Shown here in pieces: positions 21,048 through 31,825 of a stretch of DNA of 32,000 nucleotides. The translations under genes were made by a program, and so were the position numbers. How positions within the stretch are numbered: position 1 is the stretch's first letter; each line of letters starts with the position of its first letter. The stretch is taken from sequence record OY253665.1; one strand, written 5' to 3'. The notes beneath the pieces are model-generated. The model ran no database searches. It worked only from the letters and a program-made list of their open reading frames with translations, and had not been told where the DNA came from.

Positions 21048-23075
21048 ATGTACTTACTTCTAGTATTTTTACCCCTTTTTGGGAGCTGTGCATCTGGACT
21101 ATTTGGATTTCTCATTGGATCTCGCGGAGCAGTTCTTGTAACAACAGGAAGTGTTCTTGGGTCCGCAATTTTAAGTGGAATTGTCTTTTATGAGGTTGCT
21201 TTATGCGGAAGTCCATGTTCTGTTCCATTTTATACATGGTTCGGGTCAGAATTATTTGATGCCGGATGGGGGTTCTATTTTGATACACTTACGAGTGTAA
21301 TGATCGTTGTTATTACATGGGTAAGTACACTGGTGCATTTGTACAGTATTTCGTATATGGAACACGATCCCCATTTACCACGATTTATGAGCTATTTATC
21401 ATTATTTACATTCTGCATGTTAATGCTTGTAGCTGCGGATAACTTCTTACAACTCTTTTTTGGGTGGGAAGGTGTAGGATTAGCTTCATACCTTTTAATT
21501 AATTTCTGGTTTACACGTTTACAGGCGTCGAAAGCGTCTATTAAAGCTATGCTAGTGAACCGTGTTGGGGACATTGGTTTAGCCTTAGGAATTATGGCCT
21601 TATACACGCAGTGTCAATCAGTGAATTTCGCGTGTGCATTTGCCTGTGCACCGAAATTAGCCGAAACTTCATTTGTATTTTGTACAATGGAAGTTGATGC
21701 ATTAACAACTATCTGTATTTTATTATTTATCGGATCTATTGGAAAATCTGTTCAATTAGGTTTACACACATGGCTTCCTGATGCGATGGAAGGTCCGACG
21801 CCGGTATCTGCGTTAATTCACGCGGCGACCATGGTAACAGCTGGAGTTTTTCTAGTTGCTCGTTGTTCACCATTGTTTGAATATGCACCAAACGCACTTG
21901 TCGTAGTTACAGTGATCGGGGCGATGACATGTTTTTTTGCAGCCACAACAGGCCTTGTACAAAACGATTTAAAACGTGTTATCGCGTACTCAACATGTAG
22001 TCAGTTAGGGTACATGATCTTTGCGTGTGGTTTATCTCAGTATTCAGCTGGAGTTTTTCACTTAATGAACCACGCTTTCTTTAAAGCGTTATTATTCTTA
22101 AGCGCTGGGTCGATTATTCACGGCCTATCAGATGAGCAAGATATGCGAAAAATGGGAGGAATCGTTCGTTTATTCCCGTTTACGTATAGTATGATGCTGA
22201 TTGGATCATTAGCACTTGCTGGATTCCCATATTTAACTGGATTCTACTCAAAAGATCGAATTTTAGAGCTTGCTTATGCAACATATACGATTAGCGGTAA
22301 TTTCGCATATTGGTTTGGGACAACATGTGTTTTCTTGACATCACTGTATTCATTCCGATTGTTATTTATGACATTCTTTACACCAACTGCTGCTTCTGCA
22401 CAGGCACTGGAGCACGCGCATGATTCGCCTCCAATTATGGCATTACCTTTAATTTTATTAGCTTGGGGAAGTATTTTTGTTGGGTATGTTTTCAGTGATA
22501 TGTTTGTAGGTCTTGGGACAAATTTTTGGGGAAATGCTGTTTTCGTATTACCAAAAAATTCACTCTTGTTAGAGTCTGAATACGTTCCTCAAAGCCAAAA
22601 GCTCTTACCGCTTGGTCTTACTGGAGCTGGAGCTCTTGTTGCGTATTTTGCAACGTTCCACTGGTCTCGCTTAATTTACAAATTTAAATTGACACCGATG
22701 GGTCGCGGCTTATATACAATGGCAAGTCGCCGATGGTTCTTTGATCAAGTATACAACCAATTCTTTGCCCAAAAAGCGCTTGACTTCGGATACCATGTAT
22801 CGTGGAAGAGTCTTGATAAGGGATGGTTTGAAGTTTTAGGTCCATATGGAATTATTGATACATTCCCTCAATGGAGTCGACGTCTTGGATCATTACAAAG
22901 TGGATTGATTCCTCACTATGCTGTCTTTATGGTATTAGGAGTAACGCTCGCAATTACATGTGTTGCACTTTGGGATGTGTTAGAGGGATTTGTTGATTCT
23001 CGCTTGTATCTTTTATTTTTCCTAACTTTCCTATTCACTATTTCATCGGATTCGATGTCTGATGTAGAACAATAA
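21048..23075 (+). CDS. nad5: NADH dehydrogenase subunit 5
   Basis: [47 protein letters not shown]. 675 aa. Confidence 0.97.
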   Translation: MYLLLVFLPLFGSCASGLFGFLIGSRGAVLVTTGSVLGSAILSGIVFYEVALCGSPCSVPFYTWFGSELFDAGWGFYFDTLTSVMIVVITWVSTLVHLYSISYMEHDPHLPRFMSYLSLFTFCMLMLVAADNFLQLFFGWEGVGLASYLLINFWFTRLQASKASIKAMLVNRVGDIGLALGIMALYTQCQSVNFACAFACAPKLAETSFVFCTMEVDALTTICILLFIGSIGKSVQLGLHTWLPDAMEGPTPVSALIHAATMVTAGVFLVARCSPLFEYAPNALVVVTVIGAMTCFFAATTGLVQNDLKRVIAYSTCSQLGYMIFACGLSQYSAGVFHLMNHAFFKALLFLSAGSIIHGLSDEQDMRKMGGIVRLFPFTYSMMLIGSLALAGFPYLTGFYSKDRILELAYATYTISGNFAYWFGTTCVFLTSLYSFRLLFMTFFTPTAASAQALEHAHDSPPIMALPLILLAWGSIFVGYVFSDMFVGLGTNFWGNAVFVLPKNSLLLESEYVPQSQKLLPLGLTGAGALVAYFATFHWSRLIYKFKLTPMGRGLYTMASRRWFFDQVYNQFFAQKALDFGYHVSWKSLDKGWFEVLGPYGIIDTFPQWSRRLGSLQSGLIPHYAVFMVLGVTLAITCVALWDVLEGFVDSRLYLLFFLTFLFTISSDSMSDVEQ

Positions 23076-23083
23076 AGGTTGGA

Positions 23084-23136
23084 TTTTTCTTTGTGATGTC
23101 TTTTTTTTTATCGAAAGGGTAACTCACAAAGAAAAA
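23084..23136. repeat. 13-bp stem with 27-nt loop in the nad5-nad7 spacer
   Basis: tttttctttgtga pairs with tcacaaagaaaaa. Confidence 0.85.
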
Positions 23137-23158
23137 ATTAATATAAAAAAGAATTTTT

Positions 23159-24355
23159 ATGGCTATCGAAAAAGCAGTAAAACGTCAAACGTTAAAAAAT
23201 TTTACATTAAATTTTGGACCTCAACACCCAGCCGCTCACGGAGTTCTTCGTCTTGTTTTAGAGATGAATGGCGAGGTTGTTCAGCGTGCGGATCCGCATA
23301 TTGGATTGTTGCACCGAGGTACTGAAAAATTAATTGAATATAAAAACTATTTACAAGCACTTCCTTATTTCGATCGACTTGACTATGTTTCAATGATGTG
23401 TCAAGAACACGGGTACTCTTTAGCGGTAGAAAAACTTCTTCGTTGTGAAGTTCCATTACGTGCTCAGTATATTCGAGTTCTATTTTCAGAAATCACTCGA
23501 ATCTTAAACCACCTACTGGCCTTAACATGCCACGCAATGGACGTTGGAGCGTTAACTCCATTCCTTTGGGGATTCGAGGAGCGCGAAAAACTTATGGAAT
23601 TCTACGAGCGTGTATCCGGAGCCCGTCTACATGCAGCATACATCCGACCAGGGGGTGTTGCGCAGGATTTACCCTTAGGTTTAAGTGAAGATATCTATCG
23701 TTTTGCACGTCAGTTTGCGTCACGAATTGACGAGATGGAGGAAATGTTGACTGGAAATCGAATCTGGAAACAACGTCTTGTAGATATTGGTGTTGTAACT
23801 TCTGATCAGGCATTAGATTGGGGGTTCTCTGGTGTTATGCTTCGCGGTTCTGGAGTCGCGTGGGATTTACGAAAAACACAACCATACGATGTTTACGATA
23901 AAATGGATTTCCAAGTACCAGTTGGATCACGAGGAGATTGTTATGATCGTTATTTAATTCGCGTTGAAGAGATGCGTCAAAGTCTTCGTATTATCTTACA
24001 ATGCCTTCAAGAGATGCCTCAAGGTGAGGTCAAAGCAGATGACCGTAAAATCACGCCACCACCACGAACTCACATGAAAACGTCGATGGAATCGTTAATT
24101 CATCACTTTAAACTTTACACTGAAGGGTTTTCAGTACCAGCTGGAGAAACATATACGTCAGTTGAAGCACCGAAAGGTGAATTTGGTGTATATTTAGTAA
24201 GTAACGGAACAAATCGACCGTACCGTTGTAAAATTCGCGCGCCCGGTTTTGCGCATCTTCAAGGAATTGATTTTATGTCAAAAAATCACATGCTTGCGGA
24301 CGTTGTAACAATTATCGGGACTCAGGATATTGTATTCGGTGAAGTTGACCGTTAA
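23159..24355 (+). CDS. nad7: NADH dehydrogenase subunit 7 (49-kDa subunit)
   Basis: [22 protein letters not shown] and C-terminus [12 protein letters not shown]. Confidence 0.98.
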   Translation: MAIEKAVKRQTLKNFTLNFGPQHPAAHGVLRLVLEMNGEVVQRADPHIGLLHRGTEKLIEYKNYLQALPYFDRLDYVSMMCQEHGYSLAVEKLLRCEVPLRAQYIRVLFSEITRILNHLLALTCHAMDVGALTPFLWGFEEREKLMEFYERVSGARLHAAYIRPGGVAQDLPLGLSEDIYRFARQFASRIDEMEEMLTGNRIWKQRLVDIGVVTSDQALDWGFSGVMLRGSGVAWDLRKTQPYDVYDKMDFQVPVGSRGDCYDRYLIRVEEMRQSLRIILQCLQEMPQGEVKADDRKITPPPRTHMKTSMESLIHHFKLYTEGFSVPAGETYTSVEAPKGEFGVYLVSNGTNRPYRCKIRAPGFAHLQGIDFMSKNHMLADVVTIIGTQDIVFGEVDR

Positions 24356-24410
24356 TTGTACCTTATTTATCTATTTTTTCTTTTATATTTTGTTAACATT
24401 AAAAAAAAGC

Positions 24411-24483
24411 AAGAAAGTGTGCTCGCCGTAAACATACTCCCATAATTATATGGAAACGGATTTGCCGGCGAGCACACTTTCTT
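24411..24483. repeat. 18-bp perfect stem (37-nt loop) at the nad7/tatC convergence point
   Basis: aagaaagtgtgctcgccg (24411-24428) pairs with cggcgagcacactttctt (24466-24483). The loop holds a nested ccata-atta-tatgg hairpin. Confidence 0.95.
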
Positions 24484-24505
24484 AAGTATAAGGAAATATG
24501 TTATT

Positions 24506-25246
24506 TTAAATAGAAACGCGTGTATACACGAACAAGCACCAAATGATAAATTCAATGTAAATATAAAAACTCGATGCGAGCATACATTGAATAATAATAT
24601 CTGGTGGTGATGCGAATGCTGCGATAAGCGCACTCAGGATAAAAATCCCTTTTCGGTAACGTACGATTGTTTCAGGGGTTATTTTTTGACCAATAACCGC
24701 GATAAAAAGCACGGTTGGGAATTGTGATACAATAAATGTGATGAGCAAGCACGACCATACCCATAAAACATAAGAGTACAGTGTCGCTTGGTATTCAACA
24801 ACAAGCGATGATTTTTGAATTTGAAATTGAAGCAAAAATTTGGCTAAAAGCGGTGTTCCGACATAAAATGCCCACCAAATGCTTAAACCAAAAAAGAGTA
24901 GAAACAAGACACTTACTTGCGTAAACTTTTTTCTCTCCGAACGGGTACAACTTGGAGCAAAAAAGCTCCAAATATGATACCACCAAAAAGGTATACACGT
25001 GCAAAGCGTGGTTAATCCAGCGATTTTCAGTGTTGTATACAACGCTTCTGAAATATTCAAAAATATAAAATGTGATTGTATTACATTGTTGGGTTGTATA
25101 ATCCAATAAAGTAGATCTTCGGAATATGCATAACTAATGCAAAATGCGAAAATACCACCCAAAACACCGTAGACGCCACGTAATTTTATTTCCTTAAGAA
25201 AAAAGTGTAACGGAGATGTGTGTGGAAGCGTAAATGTGTGAATCAT
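24506..25246 (-). CDS. tatC: Sec-independent protein translocase TatC (mttB/ymf16)
   Basis: LKEIKLRG near the N-terminus, ISEALYTTLK, WSFFAPSCTRSERK, ASPPDIIIQ (TatC PPD motif). About 6 TM segments. Only protein gene on the minus strand. Confidence 0.87.
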   Translation of the reverse strand: MIHTFTLPHTSPLHFFLKEIKLRGVYGVLGGIFAFCISYAYSEDLLYWIIQPNNVIQSHFIFLNISEALYTTLKIAGLTTLCTCIPFWWYHIWSFFAPSCTRSERKKFTQVSVLFLLFFGLSIWWAFYVGTPLLAKFLLQFQIQKSSLVVEYQATLYSYVLWVWSCLLITFIVSQFPTVLFIAVIGQKITPETIVRYRKGIFILSALIAAFASPPDIIIQCMLASSFYIYIEFIIWCLFVYTRVSI

Positions 25247-25263
25247 AAAAATAAATATTTGTG

Positions 25264-25338
25264 ATACTCACTATCGGACTTGAACCGATAAAAAGATAGA
25301 TTTTGAATCTATTGTGTTTACCAATTTCACCAAGTGAG
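25264..25338 (-). tRNA. trnL(caa): tRNA with anticodon CAA (Leu-type acceptor, D and T arms) but a short 6-nt variable loop
   Basis: Reverse complement: gctcact tg gtgaaattggtaaacac a ataga ttcaaaa tctat cttttt atcgg ttcaagt ccgat agtgagt a. Near-identical to trnL(UAA) outside the anticodon and variable arms. Confidence 0.7.
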
Positions 25339-25346
25339 CCTACCTG

Positions 25347-25417
25347 TAGGTTAGAGGCGGGCTTGAACCGCCATCCTAAGATTTGCAATCTCATACATTA
25401 CCATTATGTTATCCAAC
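25347..25417 (-). tRNA. trnC(gca): tRNA-Cys (GCA)
   Basis: Reverse complement: ggttgga ta acat..tgt a tgaga ttgcaaa tctta ggat ggcgg ttcaagc ccgcc tctaacc t. Confidence 0.8.
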
Positions 25418-25445
25418 CGAAATATTGTTTATTGTCGTATTCACA

Positions 25446-25518
25446 GAGGGGAATAGTTTCAACGGTAGAATATTGGTCTCCAAAACCACAGGTTAAGGGT
25501 TCGAATCCCTTTTCTCCT
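25446..25518 (+). tRNA. trnW(cca): tRNA-Trp (CCA)
   Basis: Acceptor aggggaa/ttctcct, anticodon stem ttggt/accac with loop ctccaaa, T-arm aaggg-ttcgaat-ccctt. A CCA anticodon argues for UGA being a stop. Confidence 0.85.
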
Positions 25519-25547
25519 GGACCTTTCATGATTGACATGTATTCCTT

Positions 25548-25619
25548 TGTCCCTTTCGTCTAATGGTTAGGACCTCGCTTTTTCAAGGCGGAAACACGGG
25601 TTCAAGTCCCGTAAGGGAT
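25548..25619 (+). tRNA. trnE(uuc): tRNA-Glu (UUC)
   Basis: gtccctt tc gtc taatggttag gac, typical of tRNA-Glu. Anticodon loop ttttcaa. T-arm acggg-ttcaagt-cccgt. Confidence 0.85.
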
Positions 25620-25627
25620 ACCAGAAA

Positions 25628-25670
25628 TGTTTAAGGAGTTATATATATATATATATATTACTCTTAAACA
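25628..25670. repeat. imperfect palindrome with a (TA)9 microsatellite core
   Basis: tgtttaaggagt + t(at)9t + actcttaaaca. There is one bulged G. Confidence 0.85.
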
Positions 25671-25691
25671 GAAAAAACACAAATATTTTTG

Positions 25692-26267
25692 ATGATGTCA
25701 GAAAACTTTGCAAAAATTATTCTAAAAACAGTACCAAAATGGGTAAAATCGTGCGAAATTATCAATAATGAGCTGATGATTACAATTCATCCCAATTATG
25801 TTGTACCGATGTGTTATTTCTTGAAAAAGAATTCTTTAACGCGTTGTTCTCAACTAATTGATATGACTGCAGTTGATTACCCAGATCGTAAAAATCGATT
25901 TACTGTTGTATATAACTTACTAAGTGTTGATTTAAATGCCCGTGTTCGTTTAAAGACTGAGGTTGATGGTTTAACAAGCATCGAATCCGTAACTGGAGTG
26001 TACCCGTGTGCGGCTTGGTGGGAACGTGAAATATGGGATATGTTTGGGGTTTTCTTTACTGGACATCCAGACTTACGTCGTATTCTTACGGACTACGGAT
26101 TTCAAGGTCATCCTCTCCGAAAGGACTTCCCGATGACTGGATATACTGAAGTTCGCTATGACGCGACGGAGAAACGTGTTATTTCTGAACCTTTAGAATT
26201 AGCTCAGGAATTTCGTTCGTTTGATTTTGCAAGTCCATGGGAACCGTTAGACAAAAGCACGAAGTAA
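25692..26267 (+). CDS. nad9: NADH dehydrogenase subunit 9 (30-kDa subunit)
   Basis: AAWWEREIWDMFGVFFTGHPDLRRILTDYGFQGHPLRKDFPMTGY. Confidence 0.96.
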   Translation: MMSENFAKIILKTVPKWVKSCEIINNELMITIHPNYVVPMCYFLKKNSLTRCSQLIDMTAVDYPDRKNRFTVVYNLLSVDLNARVRLKTEVDGLTSIESVTGVYPCAAWWEREIWDMFGVFFTGHPDLRRILTDYGFQGHPLRKDFPMTGYTEVRYDATEKRVISEPLELAQEFRSFDFASPWEPLDKSTK

Positions 26268-26328
26268 AACCTTTATTAAATGACGTTGACCACCGTTTCA
26301 AATTTTTTGATTCCCGTTGGCCAACTTC

Positions 26329-26412
26329 GGGAAAGTGGCTGAGTGGTTAAAGGCGACAGATTGTAAATCTATCGAAGGTTCTTCTACGTAGGTTCGAATC
26401 CTACTTTTCCCA
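26329..26412 (+). tRNA. trnY(gua): tRNA-Tyr (GUA), bacterial-type with long variable arm
   Basis: Acceptor gggaaag/ttttccc, anticodon loop ttgtaaa, variable arm gaag-gtt-cttc, T-arm gtagg-ttcgaat-cctac. One C-A mismatch in the anticodon stem. Confidence 0.85.
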
Positions 26413-26478
26413 AACACTAGAGTGTGTTTTTGTAGCGCGCAAACGCTCAAGAATACCATTAAAATAAAAATTTTTATT

Positions 26479-26949
26479 ATGCCTCAATCAGATAAAGTAA
26501 CATTCTTTTCTCAATTTTTTTGGCTTTGTTTTTTCTATCTTGGGTTTTATGGGGTTGCTGTAAAATTCATTCTTCCAAAATTTGGTCGAATTTTTAAATT
26601 ACGTGAGCAAAAACTTCGTGGGTCAACTCAAGGAGTTTCTGTATTACACGAGGAAAAAACAAAAGTTGGAGATAGTGTTTCGACAGTATTAGATACTGGA
26701 GTTTCAACATCGAAACAACTTATTCGGACAACTCTTGAAAAAACAACAAACTGGGTTGATGGTGTTTTGAAAGAAACAAACACAAAACAGTGGAAAACTG
26801 CGAATGCATCGTATTTAACATCGATTGGAGAGCAGTCGCTATCTCGCAATTTGGGAGTGTTATTAACATTTCCAAAACCTAACACAACATTACGTTCAAG
26901 CGTTTTTTTAGCGCAATTATCTCAATTCGCTAAAACAAAAGCACGTTAA
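26479..26949 (+). CDS. atp8: ATP synthase F0 subunit 8 (ymf19/orfB type, long form)
   Basis: N-terminus MPQSDKVTFFSQFFWLCFFYLGFY...LPK matches the MPQLD..F.sQ.fW signature. ATG at 26479. Confidence 0.82.
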   Translation: MPQSDKVTFFSQFFWLCFFYLGFYGVAVKFILPKFGRIFKLREQKLRGSTQGVSVLHEEKTKVGDSVSTVLDTGVSTSKQLIRTTLEKTTNWVDGVLKETNTKQWKTANASYLTSIGEQSLSRNLGVLLTFPKPNTTLRSSVFLAQLSQFAKTKAR

Positions 26950-26957
26950 TATGTGTT

Positions 26958-26993
26958 ATTACAGTATGGGGTTATACAACCCCATACTGTAAT
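26958..26993. repeat. 16-bp perfect stem-loop in the atp8-atp4 spacer
   Basis: attacagtatggggtt-atac-aaccccatactgtaat. Confidence 0.95.
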
Positions 26994-27019
26994 TAATATT
27001 TAAAAAAGTTGATATTTTT

Positions 27020-27574
27020 ATGATGACAAATGAAAAACTTCGCCCTTATATTTTTGGTTTTTTAGCATTTTGTGTTTTAAGCTCAAAGCACATTATTATT
27101 TATAATGAAGAAATTTTAGTAGCTTTAACATTTTTTGCTTTTGTATATTTTGTATACCGTTATTTTGGGCAAACAATTCAAGAATCTTTGGATGAAAGAA
27201 GCCTGGGAATTCAACAAGAACTGGAATCTTTTTCAGTTTTAAATAAGACTGCACTTGAGGAACTTTTACAGGAACATAAGAAAGTAGGTTCGTTAAGTGC
27301 AGCTTTACAAAGTTTAGCATCATTTACGGCCTCTCAGGTACAAAATGCATGTGTAACTGGAAATAAAACTCTTCAGTCTGTTATTGCTCAAGATATGAGC
27401 AAAAAATTGTCAACATTAGCTCAAGCTTCGGGGCCATTACAAATGGAATGGCAATTACGAATGGCACAGTCCCAAGTAGCTCGTGTTCTTTTGAAACTTC
27501 AAAAGTCAAAACAAGGTTCGTCTTGGAATCGTGCACTTCTTCGTCAAGCTTTAACACGTCTTCAGAATTCGTAA
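27020..27574 (+). CDS. atp4: ATP synthase F0 subunit b (atp4/ymf39)
   Basis: A single N-terminal TM helix, then IIIYNEEILVALTFFAFV and a long helical tail (LDERSLGIQQELE...). Sits next to atp8. Confidence 0.78.
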   Translation: MMTNEKLRPYIFGFLAFCVLSSKHIIIYNEEILVALTFFAFVYFVYRYFGQTIQESLDERSLGIQQELESFSVLNKTALEELLQEHKKVGSLSAALQSLASFTASQVQNACVTGNKTLQSVIAQDMSKKLSTLAQASGPLQMEWQLRMAQSQVARVLLKLQKSKQGSSWNRALLRQALTRLQNS

Positions 27575-27597
27575 TTATTTAAATAATTACGAATTCT
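27564..27597. repeat. perfect 34-bp palindrome containing the atp4 stop codon
   Basis: agaattcgtaattattt|aaataattacgaattct. The TAA is at 27572-27574. Confidence 0.97.
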
Positions 27598-27603
27598 CTA
27601 TTT

Positions 27604-27645
27604 AAATACGGCTGTCTTGTACATCGCAGTATAGCAGCCGTATTT
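27604..27645. repeat. 11-bp stem-loop, second of a tandem pair after atp4
   Basis: aaatacggctg pairs with cagccgtattt. 20-nt loop. Confidence 0.9.
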
Positions 27646-27679
27646 CGAATGTAGGTGGGGTTGATATAATAAGATTCAT

Positions 27680-27761
27680 GCTCGCTTGGTGAAATCGGTA
27701 AACACGGCAGACTTAAAATCTGTTCCCTTTGGGAGTATCGGTTCAAGTCCGATAGTGAGCA
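27680..27761 (+). tRNA. trnL(uaa): tRNA-Leu (UAA), class II
   Basis: gctcgct tg gtgaaatcggtaaacac g gcaga cttaaaa tctgt tccctttgggagt atcgg ttcaagt ccgat agtgagc a. Confidence 0.88.
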
Positions 27762-27833
27762 TTCTTAGCTCAGTTGGAGTAGAGCAACAACCTTCTAAGT
27801 TGCAGGTCGCAGGTTCGAATCCCGCAGAATGCA
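27759..27833 (+). tRNA. trnR(ucu): tRNA-Arg (UCU); its 5' end overlaps the trnL(UAA) 3' end by 3 nt
   Basis: Perfect 7-bp acceptor gcattct/agaatgc, D-arm gctc..gagc, anticodon loop cttctaa, T-arm gcagg-ttcgaat-cccgc. Confidence 0.85.
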
Positions 27834-27904
27834 TCTTACCGACTATATCTATGTGTTTATAGCCATAAAAAGCTTTGAAAAGCTTTTTATATACAATTAT
27901 TTTT

Positions 27905-29473
27905 ATGAATTTTGATATTTCTTGGCCTTTTTCGGAGGGGAGTGCGAACCTTTCGTTTCAATCTGTCTTTTTTGAAAATGACCTTAAGGTAGTTCTTCCC
28001 GAATTATTTCTTGTCGTGTGTAGTCTTGGGCTGATTGTTTATGGTGTTGTTTTATCAACATCTCACGCAAATAATTATCCGATGTTAATTTCTCAGATGA
28101 GTTGGCTCGTACAACTTTCATTAGCCTGGACTATTGTTTTAATTTTATCAAATCCGTGGTCGCATTCAACAGTTCTTTCAAATAGCTTTATTGTTGATCC
28201 GGGAACTACGTTTTTTAAAATATTAATCTTGGGAGGGACGATGGTTACATTGTTTTTATTTCAAGATTTCCTACGTCGTCAGTCAATTAACTCGTTTGAA
28301 TTCCCAATTTTGATTTTATTATCAACAATCGGAATGCTATGTTTTATTTCAGCTGGTGATTTGTTAGCTTTGTACTTAACGCTGGAATTCCAGAGTTTAT
28401 GTTTTTATGTGTTAGCTGCATTCCGTCGTGACTCAGAATTCTCAACTGAAGCGGGTATTAAATACTTTTTATTGGGTGCCTTTTCATCCGGTCTTTTATT
28501 GTTTGGATGCTCGTTAATTTACGGATTTACTGGAACATTAGAATTTGATGCTCTTGCTCAATTACTACGATGTGGGGAAACCTTTGATGGTAATATCTTT
28601 AATGCAACTGAATGGCGTGGTTGTGAACTGGGGATGCTTTTCCTTTTGATCGGTCTACTATTTAAAGTGGCAGCGGTACCATTTCATATGTGGTCACCTG
28701 ATGTGTACGAAGGAGCTCCACTTCCAGTAACTGCTTACTTCTCAATTGCACCGAAAGCAAGCTTTTTCTTTGTAATCCCACGTTTACTGTATCAAAGTTT
28801 CTTTGATTTTCTTCCAGATTGGCAGGCATTCTTATTTTTCTGTAGTGCTGCTTCTATGGTTTTAGCGAGTTTCGCTGGATTAACACAAGCCCGAATTAAA
28901 CGTCTATTAGCATACAGTTCAATCGGTCACACTGGATATATCCTAGTTGGGATTTGTTGCGGTACCTTAGAGGGACTTCAATCTGTTATTATTTACCTAG
29001 TTGTTTACATGATTACAACAGCATTAATCTTCGGAATTCTGCTTATCCCTGTACATCGTGAAGGTTTTCATGACGTTGAACGATTCAAGTATACAACAGA
29101 CTTTGCACGACTTGGAAAAACGCATCCATTGCTTGCGTTAACGTTTGCAAGTGCGTTATTCTCAATTGCTGGAATCCCACCTCTTGCTGGATTTTATGCA
29201 AAAGCCGCTGTTTTCTGGTCTGCAATCAGTGTCACACAATATAATCTTGCAATTATTGGGATTTTAACAAGTGCCGTGAGTTGTTTCTATTACATTCGTG
29301 TGGTTAAAATTATGTATTTTGAAAACCCAAAAACGTGGGTAACACTTGCACACCCTTCACAAGCTGCAGCATATTGTCTTGCATTATGTTTCTTATTCCT
29401 GCTTCTATTTATGGTATACCCAACTCCATTATATGTAGCAAGTTACAAAGCTGCTTGTGCACTTGCCTTTTAA
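27905..29473 (+). CDS. nad2: NADH dehydrogenase subunit 2
   Basis: KVAAVPFHMWSPDVYEGAPLPVTAYFSIAPK, LLAYSSIGHTGY. First ATG is at 27905; the tracked ORF uses TTG at 27875. Confidence 0.94.
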   Translation: MNFDISWPFSEGSANLSFQSVFFENDLKVVLPELFLVVCSLGLIVYGVVLSTSHANNYPMLISQMSWLVQLSLAWTIVLILSNPWSHSTVLSNSFIVDPGTTFFKILILGGTMVTLFLFQDFLRRQSINSFEFPILILLSTIGMLCFISAGDLLALYLTLEFQSLCFYVLAAFRRDSEFSTEAGIKYFLLGAFSSGLLLFGCSLIYGFTGTLEFDALAQLLRCGETFDGNIFNATEWRGCELGMLFLLIGLLFKVAAVPFHMWSPDVYEGAPLPVTAYFSIAPKASFFFVIPRLLYQSFFDFLPDWQAFLFFCSAASMVLASFAGLTQARIKRLLAYSSIGHTGYILVGICCGTLEGLQSVIIYLVVYMITTALIFGILLIPVHREGFHDVERFKYTTDFARLGKTHPLLALTFASALFSIAGIPPLAGFYAKAAVFWSAISVTQYNLAIIGILTSAVSCFYYIRVVKIMYFENPKTWVTLAHPSQAAAYCLALCFLFLLLFMVYPTPLYVASYKAACALAF

Positions 29474-29515
29474 TAACAGGTGTAAAGGCACAAGTACCTT
29501 TATAAGGACATAGAT

Positions 29516-29589
29516 GGGCAGGTAACTCAGTTGGTAAGAGTATACGCCTGATAAGCGTAAAGTCAGGGGTTCAAGTCCCTTCTTGCCCA
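29516..29589 (+). tRNA. trnI(gau): tRNA-Ile (GAU)
   Basis: Acceptor gggcagg/cttgccc, anticodon stem tacgc/gcgta with loop ctgataa, T-arm agggg-ttcaagt-ccctt. Confidence 0.85.
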
Positions 29590-29654
29590 TATGTACAGTC
29601 TATTTCCTTACCACGTGTGTGCAATGCAAACAGAAATTTTATTTATCTTTTTAT

Positions 29655-29957
29655 ATGGACCTTGTAAAATATTTAATCGTATCTTTTACGTTATTTTTGA
29701 TTGGAATTTGGGGAATCTTTTTCAATCGAAAAAATATTCTGGTAATGTTAATGTCTATTGAATTAATGTTACTCTCAGTGAACTTGAACTTTCTGTTCTT
29801 TTCAGTTGCACTGGATGATATCCTAGGACAGGTCTTTGCTCTTTTCGCATTGACTGTTGCAGCAGCAGAATCCGCAATCGGATTAGCCCTTCTTGTGGTT
29901 TATTACCGAGTACGTGGGACTGTTGCCGTTGAATTTATTAATTTAATCAAAGGATAA
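29655..29957 (+). CDS. nad4L: NADH dehydrogenase subunit 4L
   Basis: 100 aa. [33 protein letters not shown]. The tracked ORF start (29583) lies inside trnI. Confidence 0.95.
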   Translation: MDLVKYLIVSFTLFLIGIWGIFFNRKNILVMLMSIELMLLSVNLNFLFFSVALDDILGQVFALFALTVAAAESAIGLALLVVYYRVRGTVAVEFINLIKG

Positions 29958-30059
29958 TTCTTTTTTCTGTTTAAGAGCAATACCTAAAACTTAATATATT
30001 ATTTTTCTTTAAAGACATAACGAGATATAACCTTAAAGAAAAATACGTAATATAAACAA

Positions 30060-31706
<1,647 letters not shown>

Positions 31707-31712
31707 ATTTTT

Positions 31713-31784
31713 AGTGGAGAAGAGGAATGGTGTCCTCGTCAGGCTCATAATCTGAAGATGTAGGTTCGATTCCTACCTCCGCTC
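31713..31784 (+). tRNA. trnM(cau): tRNA with anticodon CAU (Met; initiator or elongator not resolved)
   Basis: Acceptor agtggag/ctccgct, anticodon stem tcagg/tctga with loop ctcataa, T-arm gtagg-ttcgatt-cctac. Confidence 0.8.
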
Positions 31785-31825
31785 AAACAACAAATCTCAA
31801 AAAGCACGAGACATTCCCGTATTCG

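Noticed and set aside
24367-24633. 88-codon minus-strand ORF spanning the nad7-tatC spacer.
   Set aside because: It overlaps the tatC 3' end in another frame and runs through the convergence hairpin. It is low-complexity with no motifs.
25194-25563. ORFs 25194-25394(-) and 25303-25563(+).
   Set aside because: They run across the tRNA(CAA)/Cys/Trp/Glu genes. These are artefacts.
25650-29976. 11-nt inverted match between ctcttaaacag (~25661-25671) and ctgtttaagag (~29967-29977).
   Set aside because: Matches of this length are expected by chance many times over in 32 kb on two strands.
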